Positions 1-10,732 of a DNA stretch of 64,000 bases are shown one piece after another. The stretch lies in contig JBEKXF010000014.1 of assembly GCA_049512315.1 (NCBI GenBank), positions 11,702 to 75,701 on the forward strand. Reading direction: 5' to 3'. A program made the position numbers and the translations under genes. The stretch is from Candidatus Aminicenantales bacterium (GTDB taxonomy: Bacteria > Acidobacteriota > Aminicenantia > Aminicenantales > Saccharicenantaceae). Position 1 is the stretch's first letter, and each line of letters opens with the position of its first letter. The notes under the pieces were generated by a model, which made no database searches, was not told where the DNA came from, and worked only from the letters and a program-made list of their open reading frames with translations.

Positions 1-571
1 TCCCTATCGATCTTTGATCCCAGACGATCTTCAGGACGCTGCCGTCCTTTTCGCGGATCCAGATCCTCCCATAACAATGGGGCTTGATGAACTCGGGTTT
101 CGGCGTCGCCTCGATCACGACCGTCCTTTCTTTGTTGAAACTGTCTTCTCCGATGAATCGAAAGTCATGATAGGCCTGCCAGGACCGGCTCAAGAGCCCG
201 ACCGGTCCGAAAAGGACGTTCTCGTATCGGAATACGATCGTCTGCAGGGGGGAGTCCCGGATGTCCTCTGTCTTTCCGTTGACCGCGATGAGGTTCCGTT
301 TTTCTTTCGCCTCCTGGTTTTTTCGGATGTACTGGTAGTCATAAAGATAGACATCCGTCCTCAGGTCAAGATGCCATGTCCGCTCCGTGACCTCCTCCAG
401 GCAAACAAAATCGAGGGCGGCGTTTTCCAGCCTTTGGCAATAGCCTTCCGCCTTCTTGAGGATCGCTGCCAGCCGCAAGCGCTCCGGCTGCCTTTCTGGA
501 GATTGCCGGACGGGGGAAAACCCCAAGACGACGATCAGGGAGAATATCCCTCCGGCAAGGCTGGTCCTCAA
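1..571 (-). CDS. Secreted hypothetical protein, truncated at the left window edge
   Basis: Hand translation (absent from the ORF track because the stop is outside the window). TTG at 571 after GGAAGGGG gives MRTSLAGGIFSLIVVLGFS (signal-like)...LKKAEGYCQRLENAALDFVCLEEV...YLYDYQYIRK...GRIWIREKDGSVLKIVWDQ, open to position 1. Confidence 0.7.
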   Translation of the reverse strand, partial: MRTSLAGGIFSLIVVLGFSPVRQSPERQPERLRLAAILKKAEGYCQRLENAALDFVCLEEVTERTWHLDLRTDVYLYDYQYIRKNQEAKEKRNLIAVNGKTEDIRDSPLQTIVFRYENVLFGPVGLLSRSWQAYHDFRFIGEDSFNKERTVVIEATPKPEFIKPHCYGRIWIREKDGSVLKIVWDQRSIG

Positions 572-753
572 GTTCCCCTTCCTGCCTGAACGCTGTTTCC
601 CACTGCCGATAATTACTGCTCCGAGGCCCGGCCATTGTCAAGGACGGAATTTTCGGGCGGATGTACGGTCTTAAAAAGCTCGTTTTAGCGGTGGTCAATT
701 GAAAGCGGGAGGGTCGACCTTCACGTCACGTGACCCATGCCCAAGGAGGCGAT

Positions 754-2065
754 ATGTCGAACCGATTTGACTTGAACAGGCGCGCTTTTCTTCGAGGCTG
801 TGCGGTCGGTGTCGGCGCGCTGGCCGCCGCACCCGTCAACGCCCTTGAACGGATCCTTGAGGCGGGATGAGGCACGGCCGGGCTGAGTCCCGAACAAGTC
901 GCTGCCGATGAGGATTTCTGGTTCGAGGTCCAGCAGGCCTTCGCCCTGGACCGCAACTACATCAACCTGAATAACGGTACCGCCCAGAACGGTCTCCGAA
1001 TCGTCCAGGAGGCGGTCCAGAGGCACAACGATTTTACGAGCAACGCCGCGTGGCACTCGATGGCCATCCTGAATAAGGAAATTGAGAGCTGGCGGCGCCG
1101 GCTGGCGTCGCACCTCGGCTGCGACCCGGAGGAGTTCGTCATCTGCCGCGCCGGGTCGGAGGCGGGTGAGATCCCGATTATGGGCAGGGACCTGAAGCGC
1201 GGCGACGAGGTGGCCACCACGAACCAGGACTACCCGCGGCTGGTAAGCTCCTGGAAACAGCGGGAGAGGCGCGAGGGGATCGTCCTCAAGATCGTCCCGC
1301 TTCCCGCCCCGCCGGATCCCGCTCGATCAGTTCTACCGGCTGGTGGAAGAGCAGGTGACGCCGCGGACGAAGGTGATCCTGATCTGTCACATGACGCACT
1401 GGACGGGGCAGATGGCGCCGATCCGCCGGATCTCGGACATGGCCTACGCGAAAGGCATCGCAGTGATCGTCCACGGCGCCCACGGCTTCATGCACGTGCC
1501 CTTCAAGCTCGCGGACCTGGGGTGCGACTACTACACGGCGAGCCTCCACGAGTGGCTGATGGCGCCGCCCGGGAACGGCTTCGTCCGGATCCCGATAGAC
1601 CGGATCTCTAAGGTCTGGCCTCTGACGCCGCCGTGGACGGATACCCCGAACGACATCCGCCGCTTCGAAGATATCGGGACTCGCACGCCGGTGAACCGGG
1701 TCGCCATCGCCGAGGCCATCACCTTCAACGAGGGGATCGGGATCGAGAGGAAATCGGCCCGCATCCGCTACCTCAAAGAACGCTGGGCCAACCGGCTTCG
1801 GACGCTCCCGAAGGTCCGGTTCTACTCGAGCCTCGATCCCGCCGAGTCCTGCGGGGTTGCCACTTTCGGGATCGAGGGGATGGACATGGCCAAGCTCACT
1901 GATCATCTCCCCGACAAGTGGGGGATCATCGTCTCGCCGATCAAGCATCCCGACGGCCTCGTCGACGGGATCCGGATCGTGGTCAACGTGTCGCTCTCGG
2001 CGAAGGAGATTGATACCTTCGCCGACGTCATGGAGAACATCGTCAAGAAGGGCGCGCTGGTGTAG
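754..2065 (+). pseudogene. Tat-exported class V PLP aminotransferase (isopenicillin N epimerase / cysteine desulfurase-like), disrupted
   Basis: AAGGAGG RBS, ATG 754, Tat motif NRRAFL. In-frame TGA at 868-870, then DEDFWFEVQQAF...INLNNG continues. Frameshift near 1320 joins track ORFs 1060..1611 and 1343..2065. Motif VDGAH reads VHGAH and SLHKW reads SLHEW. Confidence 0.85.
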
Positions 2066-2121
2066 CCCCGGATCCGCTCCGGACTTGTGCTCGTCCCCTT
2101 AAGAAGTCGCGCCGGCCACGC

Positions 2122-4305
2122 TCACGTCCGGCCCAGGCCGATCCTCAAACCGAGCGACCATTCGGCCGTCGCCGCCGGCTGGTAAGAGTTCCCGTCCGGG
2201 TCGGGCTCGGTGAATCCGTAGTAGAGGACGTTAAAGATGTTGCGGCCCGAGAGGAAGAGCTCCAGGGGCGTCCCATCGAATTCAAACTTATACCCAAGCC
2301 GGACATGAACGAGTGCGTACGGGTCGGTGCGTCCGTATCCGTTGGAGAGGATCCTGTTCGTCGAGTCGACGTACCAGGCGCTCACATATTCGAGAGCGGC
2401 CCCGGCCGTCAAGGCCCCGGTGACGTGGTACTCCGCGTCGATATAGAGCTGGTGTTGGGGGATGTTGGGAAGCCACGTCCCGGAGAGCGTTTCTCCCGTA
2501 AGGGTATCGACGGTCTCATACTTGAAGTGGGAATAGGTATAGGACAATCTCAGGGCCAGGGGCTCGACGGGATACCAGGCCAGGGACGTCTCGACGCCGT
2601 ACCGGTTGGTCGAACCGACATTGCCGTAGAAGGTCTCGAGCGGCCGGTCTGCGATCCTGTACCGGCCGAAATCGTTGTTCGTCTCCAGGTAAAAGAGGGC
2701 GACATCGTAGCTCACCGACTTGCCGATCGAGCCGCGCGCCCCGACCTCCTCGCCGCTCGACGTGGCCGCGACGAGATGGGTGTTATATCCGCCCAAAGAA
2801 AACGGGTTGTTGACGAGCTCTTCGGTCCCGGGCGGCACGAACCCCGTGCCCCAGCTGGCGTAGAGGCCGAAGTCGGAAAGCGGGTTCCAGGTCACTCCGA
2901 GCCGGCCCGTCGCTTTGTGATATGCGACCTGGCCGGATAGATCATGGGGCAACCGGAGATGGTCCTCCAGCTTGTTCGTGACATGGTCGTAGCGAACGCT
3001 CCCCGAAACGCCCCAGGACGGGCCGATCTCGAGCCGGTCGAGGACGAAAACCCCCGCGCCGGTCTGGGACAGCGTCTGATTGGATTGGACTACGGACCCT
3101 TCGACGGCATGGCCGATGTTGTCATGCTTCAACTCATCGATCCCCTGCCAGGCGACGTCCACCCCGGCGCTCAGGTGGTTCTTTAGCCAGCCTTCTCCGG
3201 CCTTGTGGTTGATCTGGAGCGTGAAGCCGGGAAGGTCGAGGTCGCGGTGGATGACCGAGGAGGGCACGGCCTCCGTGTATTTCGTATGACGGTAGTAAGC
3301 GGTCACCGCCAGGTCCAGGTTCGCTCCGAGGCCGATCGATCCCATCAGGCCGCCCGTCCCGCGTTGGGTCTTCATGTACTCGTTGTAGGTGTAGGAATCG
3401 GGATTGGCCTTGCGGCGCAGGACCTTTGGGTCGGCGCTGAACCAGTCGAGGTTGAGGCCCTCGGGGTTCTGGTTGAAGAAATCCGTCCAGCCGAGGATGG
3501 CCGTGATCTTCACGGTCGGGCTGAGGGTGAAGGCGAACTTGCCGCGGGCGTTGTCCCCGTGGTAGGCCGACTGGTCGCGGTAGCCGTCGCCGGAGAGCAT
3601 CGAGCCCGTGATGTTGTAGTTCATGATGCCGGTCGTGCCGCCCATCTCGCCCAGGCCTTTCTTGAGGCCGTAGGCGCCGCGCACGAGGGCGGCGTTCCCG
3701 GAAACGGGTTCGGGCCCGCCGTCGCGGGTCAGGATATTGATAATCCCGCCGGACGAGCCGCTGCCGTAAAAGGCCGCCGCGGGCCCGCGCAGGACCTCGA
3801 CCCTCCGGACCGTGGCCCAATCGACGTCGAAGAAGTCGGAGACATAGCCGGAGGGGTCATTGAGGGGGATGCCGTCGACGAGCGTCTTGATGCCGCGGGT
3901 GCCGCGCTCGGTCAGGATGCCTTCGCCCCGGATCGAGAGGTGGACGCGCTCGCCGTCGGCCTGGTTGTCGACCTTGACGCCGGGGACGAGCTTCATGACC
4001 TCGTCGATGCCGATCGTCCGCGGCATCGTCTTGAGGATGGGCGTTTCGACGACCGTGGTCGCCGCGGGGTTCTTCTTGAGCGGGATCTCGATGCGCGGCG
4101 CCGTGACGGTGATCTCGACGTTCGTTTCCGTCCGGGCCGTTTCTTTTTCCTTGGCTTGCTGCCCGGATTTCTCTTCGGACGCTGCCTTCGCCGGGTCCGT
4201 GTCTTTCGGGGGGAAGGACAGGGCGAAAGACGGCCCGACCAGGAAAATGAATGCAAAAACGATGACCAATGATATCCAACGGGGCTTCGGGAAGAAATAA
4301 TGCAT
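2122..4305 (-). CDS. TonB-dependent outer membrane receptor
   Basis: Signal peptide, TonB-box-like EITVTA, plug motifs SIRG...LVDGIPLND...RVEVLRGPAAAFYGSGSSGGIINI, barrel motif GRNIFN, GAGGAG RBS. Confidence 0.93.
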   Translation of the reverse strand: MHYFFPKPRWISLVIVFAFIFLVGPSFALSFPPKDTDPAKAASEEKSGQQAKEKETARTETNVEITVTAPRIEIPLKKNPAATTVVETPILKTMPRTIGIDEVMKLVPGVKVDNQADGERVHLSIRGEGILTERGTRGIKTLVDGIPLNDPSGYVSDFFDVDWATVRRVEVLRGPAAAFYGSGSSGGIINILTRDGGPEPVSGNAALVRGAYGLKKGLGEMGGTTGIMNYNITGSMLSGDGYRDQSAYHGDNARGKFAFTLSPTVKITAILGWTDFFNQNPEGLNLDWFSADPKVLRRKANPDSYTYNEYMKTQRGTGGLMGSIGLGANLDLAVTAYYRHTKYTEAVPSSVIHRDLDLPGFTLQINHKAGEGWLKNHLSAGVDVAWQGIDELKHDNIGHAVEGSVVQSNQTLSQTGAGVFVLDRLEIGPSWGVSGSVRYDHVTNKLEDHLRLPHDLSGQVAYHKATGRLGVTWNPLSDFGLYASWGTGFVPPGTEELVNNPFSLGGYNTHLVAATSSGEEVGARGSIGKSVSYDVALFYLETNNDFGRYRIADRPLETFYGNVGSTNRYGVETSLAWYPVEPLALRLSYTYSHFKYETVDTLTGETLSGTWLPNIPQHQLYIDAEYHVTGALTAGAALEYVSAWYVDSTNRILSNGYGRTDPYALVHVRLGYKFEFDGTPLELFLSGRNIFNVLYYGFTEPDPDGNSYQPAATAEWSLGLRIGLGRT

Positions 4306-4325
4306 AGAATTTCTCCTCTATTATA

Positions 4326-4354
4326 TTAGACACGCGAAAAGCCGGGATTCTTCC
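4326..4354 (-). promoter_or_regulatory. Putative ECF-sigma-type promoter for the TBDR
   Basis: Minus strand GGAAGAA-N16-GTCTAA about 20 nt upstream of the TBDR start; resembles the RpoE-type GGAAC-N16/17-GTC(T/A)AA layout. Confidence 0.45.
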
Positions 4355-4392
4355 ATGGGGGCCGGCCGGCTCTCGCCCGGACTCGAGACCAC

Positions 4393-4421
4393 TTGACATC
4401 GTTTTCGGCCGGGGATAAAGT
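4393..4421 (+). promoter_or_regulatory. Sigma70-type promoter of the ECF sigma gene (leaderless)
   Basis: TTGACA-N17-TAAAGT, with the GTG start 6 nt after the -10 box. Confidence 0.6.
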
Positions 4422-4427
4422 GCCGTC

Positions 4428-5024
4428 GTGGCTCCGGACGTTTCTTCCGATCAAACCCTGACTCTGAGGGCTGTCCCCCTCGAAGGCGAGCGGAGGCTCG
4501 TGTTGGCCGCGCAGCGCGGCGATGAGGAGGCCTTCAGAGAACTCTATCAGGCCTATCGCGACCCGATCTGGATCCTGATCAACACTCTGATCGGCGACTC
4601 CCTCCAGGCGCAGGATGTCCTCCAGAACGTTTTCTTCAAAGCCTTCCGGGGTCTCGGGGGTTTCCGGTTCCGGTCCGGCCTGCTCACCTGGATCTACCGG
4701 ATCGCCCACAACGAATGCCGGAATCACCTCCGGAAGCGGAGCGTCCCCGTCATCCCGCTGGAGGCCATCCTCGGGAGTGGGGATGAGATCGACAGGGCCC
4801 GCATTCCCGATCCATCGGAAGCGCGCAAGGCCGCGCTCCGGGACGCAGTGATGCAGCTGCCCTTCAAGATGCGGGAGGTGATCGTCCTCAAGTACGTGGA
4901 AGACCTGTCCTACAAAGAGATGAGCCGGATCCTCGGATGTCCGCCCGGAACGGTGGCCTCGAGGCTGAACCGGGCCCTGGCGGAACTCGAATCGCGGTTG
5001 CGGCCCTTCCGGGAGCTTTTATGA
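4428..5024 (+). CDS. ECF (RpoE-family) RNA polymerase sigma factor
   Basis: GDEEAFRELY, AQDVLQNVFFKA, TWIYRIAHNECRNHLRK (region 2); LSYKEMSRILGCPPGTVASRLNRA (region 4). Confidence 0.95.
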   Translation: MAPDVSSDQTLTLRAVPLEGERRLVLAAQRGDEEAFRELYQAYRDPIWILINTLIGDSLQAQDVLQNVFFKAFRGLGGFRFRSGLLTWIYRIAHNECRNHLRKRSVPVIPLEAILGSGDEIDRARIPDPSEARKAALRDAVMQLPFKMREVIVLKYVEDLSYKEMSRILGCPPGTVASRLNRALAELESRLRPFRELL

Positions 5025-5052
5025 GAGACGGGGAGGCCTTGGAGTTCCGGAG

Positions 5053-5781
5053 ATGAAAGGCCGGTGTCTGTTCCTGCGGAGAAGGTTCGTCCCTTATCTT
5101 GAGGGCGGGATTTCGCCGCGCGAAGCGGCGCGCCTCGAGGAACACCTGGCCGGCTGCCGGGAGTGCGGAGAATTTTTCACCAGGCTTCGCGCCGGACATC
5201 AGGCCGGGCGGCAGTTCGGCCGGGTCGGCCCGGAGATCGGTCAGCGCCCGCCGGATTTTAAAGAGCTCCGGGCGGATATCGGCGGGACGCTCGACCGGCG
5301 CGGCTTGCCGGTCCGCACCGGCAGGACCATCCTCCACCCGCTGACAACCCCGTTCGCGGTCCGGGCCCTCATCGCGCTGGTGCTGGCTCTGCCCGTTCTC
5401 CTCGTGCTGTCCAACCGGATCACTCTGTGGAGGGCCGGCGACAGAGCCGAGATGTTGTCGAACGCCCGGGAATTCCGCAACTTCACTCCGCTCCGCATCC
5501 AGGATTTCTCATCGAACACCAGGTCCCCCGTCGTCACGGAAGGCTTCGTGCGCGACGTGTATTTCGATCAAGAGGAAAAAACCCTGCACATCAAATTGGT
5601 GGACGTCCAGCAGAAAGCGGAGCCCTTTGTGATCTGCGAGATCCTGAGTCCCGGAGGGATGGCTATTCCCCGGGAAGGCAGCCGTGTCCGCGTCTACGGG
5701 ATGGCCCGCTACGATTCCCAACCCGGCCGCGGCTGGCATGAAGTCAACCCGGTCATGAACATCGACGTCCTGAAGCACTGA
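5053..5781 (+). CDS. zf-HC2 (ZAS) anti-sigma factor with one TM helix and a C-terminal OB-fold-like domain
   Basis: EEHLAGCREC (HxxxCxxC), TM ALIALVLALPVLLVL, beta-rich C-terminus ending GWHEVNPV; directly after the ECF sigma. Confidence 0.85.
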   Translation: MKGRCLFLRRRFVPYLEGGISPREAARLEEHLAGCRECGEFFTRLRAGHQAGRQFGRVGPEIGQRPPDFKELRADIGGTLDRRGLPVRTGRTILHPLTTPFAVRALIALVLALPVLLVLSNRITLWRAGDRAEMLSNAREFRNFTPLRIQDFSSNTRSPVVTEGFVRDVYFDQEEKTLHIKLVDVQQKAEPFVICEILSPGGMAIPREGSRVRVYGMARYDSQPGRGWHEVNPVMNIDVLKH

Positions 5782-5805
5782 ATTCCCCCGCGGCCTCCGG
5801 ATCGT

Positions 5806-7983
5806 TCATCGTTCGCGTCCCGGCGGTGATCCCCCTCCTTTTGATCCGATCGCCCGGACCTCTCGCGCCCGGAACCGGCCGGTTTCCCGGACCCGCGTCC
5901 GCAGGCCGTCGATCACCGGCGGAACGGGACCGTGGGGTTCTCCCTTGATGACGAAGATCATGAGGGCCGCCTCGCCCGGGGCATCGACGCTCGAGGTGAC
6001 GCCGACCCCCTGGACGCCCGGGCGCTTCATCCAATCGGCGGCGCGAAGCGCGTGCACGGCCCTCGCGCGATCGGCTTCAGACTCCGGGATGGCATAAACG
6101 ATCTGCGGCGGGACGGCGGTCTCCTCGACGGCCGCGCTCGCGGCGGCCGAGAGCGAACCCAGCTTTTCAGCCGGATCCAGGGCGACGATCCGGGTCCGGA
6201 CGCCGTCGACCTGGGCAGGAATCTCCGAGGGCCGCTGGCCCTTGCTGACGAAGACGAGAAGGGCGGCCTCGCCAGGGCTGTCGTAGCTCGGGCCCACGCC
6301 CACGGCCAGGACCTCGGGACGCGCCAGAAGCTCCGCCGCGCGGCTGTCGCGAGCGGCGCCCGCCGCTTGCAGGGCCTCCGCGGTCACGGCCGAATTCCCC
6401 AGGATCAGGGTCCGGGCCGCCAAGGCCTGCGGCTGCGGCAAACTGCAGGCCGCGACGGGATGTGGGCCGACGGTCCCATCGCCCACGAACAGGGGCGTTT
6501 CACCCGTGGCCGAGTCGGCGAGCTGGGCGAGGACGTCCGCCACCGGGTTCGCCACCGTGTCCGAATCCGAGCCGCCGTACAGCAGTCCCACGGGGTCGGC
6601 CGTGTTCTGGGTGACGATGAGAGAGCCGGAATCCCCCTGGGCGCTGAAGCCCACGCCCGCAATGTCTACCTGGTTCACGTAATCGACGGTAAACGTCGTG
6701 CCCGAATTGCACGCTTTCTGGTATTCAACGCTGATCGAGGCGTTGATGGCCAGGATCGGGGCGCACGTCAGGCCGGTGGCGCTGCCGCTCTTGACGACGT
6801 TTCGTCCGACGGTGGGGGAGACCCCGGGCCCGGGATTCGGCGTCCCGTCCGTTGGCATATTCCCATTATTCACGCTGCCCAGCTGAAGGATGGTCCCCTC
6901 GGGATCCACGGCGCCCGAGATGATCTCGGCGATGGCGGCATCGACGTTCGGCAAGGGGCCCGTTTCCAGATTGAAGAACTGGGAGAGATTCGCGACCGGG
7001 GCCGTGCCGTTCACGGCACAGTTGTTTTGGTCGAGCCCGGGCTGGACGACCGGGTCTCCGATGGAGGCGGCGTCCCTGCGGGCCAGGACGTGGGTATTGC
7101 TCAGGAGATAGAGCTTGCCGCCGCGGGACACGAGCGACCCCAAGGTTCCGCCGCAACAAAACGTCTGGCTGCTGACCGTCGACGTGTCCTCTCCGTTTCC
7201 CCCCGACGTCCCGAGCGGGATCGGCGTATTGAAATGGGCCTGCTGGGCCGGCGCGATCAGAACGACGGCGGAATCGGAGGCGGACGGATCCGCCTGGGAG
7301 ACCGCGGTGATGATCACGTCGGTCGTCTGGCCGTCGTTGTTCGCAGCCGTGGAGACCGGAACGGAATGCGGGGCGCTGTAGACACCCTGGGACGTGATGG
7401 TCCCCGTCGTCGCGGAGCCACCGGCGACCCCATTGACCTGCCAGGTGACGGCCGTGTTCGTCGTTCCCGAGACCGTGGCCGTAAAGGCGTGCGAGCCATA
7501 GGTCGGAACGGTGACCGGCGCGCCGCTTCCCGTGATCGCCAAGCTGACCGTGGAACCCGATTGGATCGTGACCGTCGCCGTGGCGGACTTGGTCGGGTCT
7601 GCGAAGGAAACGGCCGTCACAGAAATCGTGGCCGGATTCGGAACCGCCACGGGCGCGATATACACGCCTCCCTGGGAGATCAACCCCTGGCTGGCGCTGC
7701 CACCCGGCCTGCCGTTCACTTCCCAGAGGACCGTCTGGTCCGTCGCTCCCGTAATCGTGGCCGAGAATTGCCGAGATGCGCCTCTCGACAAGGTCACGGT
7801 TTTTGGCGTGATGGTGACTGTCGAAGTGGGCGGGGTTACTGCGCTGCTTTTGGAGCCGCCGCAGGACCCGGCCGAGAGGATCAGAGCAAGGCCGGACAAG
7901 ATCATCAAGGTCCGGCGAAGAGAAATCCCGGTGGCAGACGGCGATTTTCGGGGGCGAAGCCGGCGGGCGAACATCCGGATCAT
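5806..7983 (-). CDS. Lipoprotein: two Ig-like domains, a trypsin-like (Nal1-like) serine protease and two C-terminal repeats
   Basis: Lipobox-like SAGSC; Ig-like repeats (VLWEVNG..GG...G.I...GVY.AP) twice; GTLG...LSNTHVL (His), VDAAIA (Asp), GDSGS (Ser); AGGAGG RBS. Confidence 0.85.
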   Translation of the reverse strand: MIRMFARRLRPRKSPSATGISLRRTLMILSGLALILSAGSCGGSKSSAVTPPTSTVTITPKTVTLSRGASRQFSATITGATDQTVLWEVNGRPGGSASQGLISQGGVYIAPVAVPNPATISVTAVSFADPTKSATATVTIQSGSTVSLAITGSGAPVTVPTYGSHAFTATVSGTTNTAVTWQVNGVAGGSATTGTITSQGVYSAPHSVPVSTAANNDGQTTDVIITAVSQADPSASDSAVVLIAPAQQAHFNTPIPLGTSGGNGEDTSTVSSQTFCCGGTLGSLVSRGGKLYLLSNTHVLARRDAASIGDPVVQPGLDQNNCAVNGTAPVANLSQFFNLETGPLPNVDAAIAEIISGAVDPEGTILQLGSVNNGNMPTDGTPNPGPGVSPTVGRNVVKSGSATGLTCAPILAINASISVEYQKACNSGTTFTVDYVNQVDIAGVGFSAQGDSGSLIVTQNTADPVGLLYGGSDSDTVANPVADVLAQLADSATGETPLFVGDGTVGPHPVAACSLPQPQALAARTLILGNSAVTAEALQAAGAARDSRAAELLARPEVLAVGVGPSYDSPGEAALLVFVSKGQRPSEIPAQVDGVRTRIVALDPAEKLGSLSAAASAAVEETAVPPQIVYAIPESEADRARAVHALRAADWMKRPGVQGVGVTSSVDAPGEAALMIFVIKGEPHGPVPPVIDGLRTRVRETGRFRAREVRAIGSKGGGSPPGRER

Positions 7984-8165
7984 GTTCCCTCCTAGTCATT
8001 AAATCATACCCCCACTCGGGGAAAAATGGAAATTCCCGGTTGATGCGAAGTTCGTCCCGATGCCCGGACCACAGGTTTCATGTCCTCGAGCTTCGTCCGG
8101 GCTGGCACCTTGTTTCACTCCTGCCGGCTGGCCTATAATCCGGAAGATTAATGATCGGAGGTCCC

Positions 8166-10445
<2,280 letters not shown>

Positions 10446-10653
10446 GACCGTTGGCGCCGTCCACATCGCGACCTCCCGCTTATTAACAATTATCGGCCTC
10501 GATCTGCGACTAAAATGACAGTGTTTGTCCTGAGGAGGACCCGAATTTTTCTCAAGTGTCCGTTCGGCCGCAAAGGTTCGGCTTATCGTGATGTCTAATG
10601 TGTCAAGGAAGGCAGGAATGACCAAGGCCGCGCTTATCGACAGGGACCTTGGC

Positions 10654-10683
10654 TTGACAAGGGCTTCGAGCGGAGTATATCAT
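10654..10683 (+). promoter_or_regulatory. Sigma70-type promoter
   Basis: TTGACA-N18-TATCAT upstream of the AAGGAGG RBS of the 10733 gene. Confidence 0.5.
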
Positions 10684-10732
10684 CCAAAGTGGGAAAGGGG
10701 CATATTTTCCGTCTCGGCGCAAAGGAGGATCC

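Noticed and set aside
14-589. Plus-strand 191-aa ORF
   Set aside because: It is the shadow of the minus-strand secreted protein gene at 1..571.
868-870. In-frame TGA as selenocysteine or recoding
   Set aside because: It lies in a non-catalytic linker after the Tat signal, and the gene also has a frameshift and active-site substitutions. Other genes here use TGA as a normal stop.
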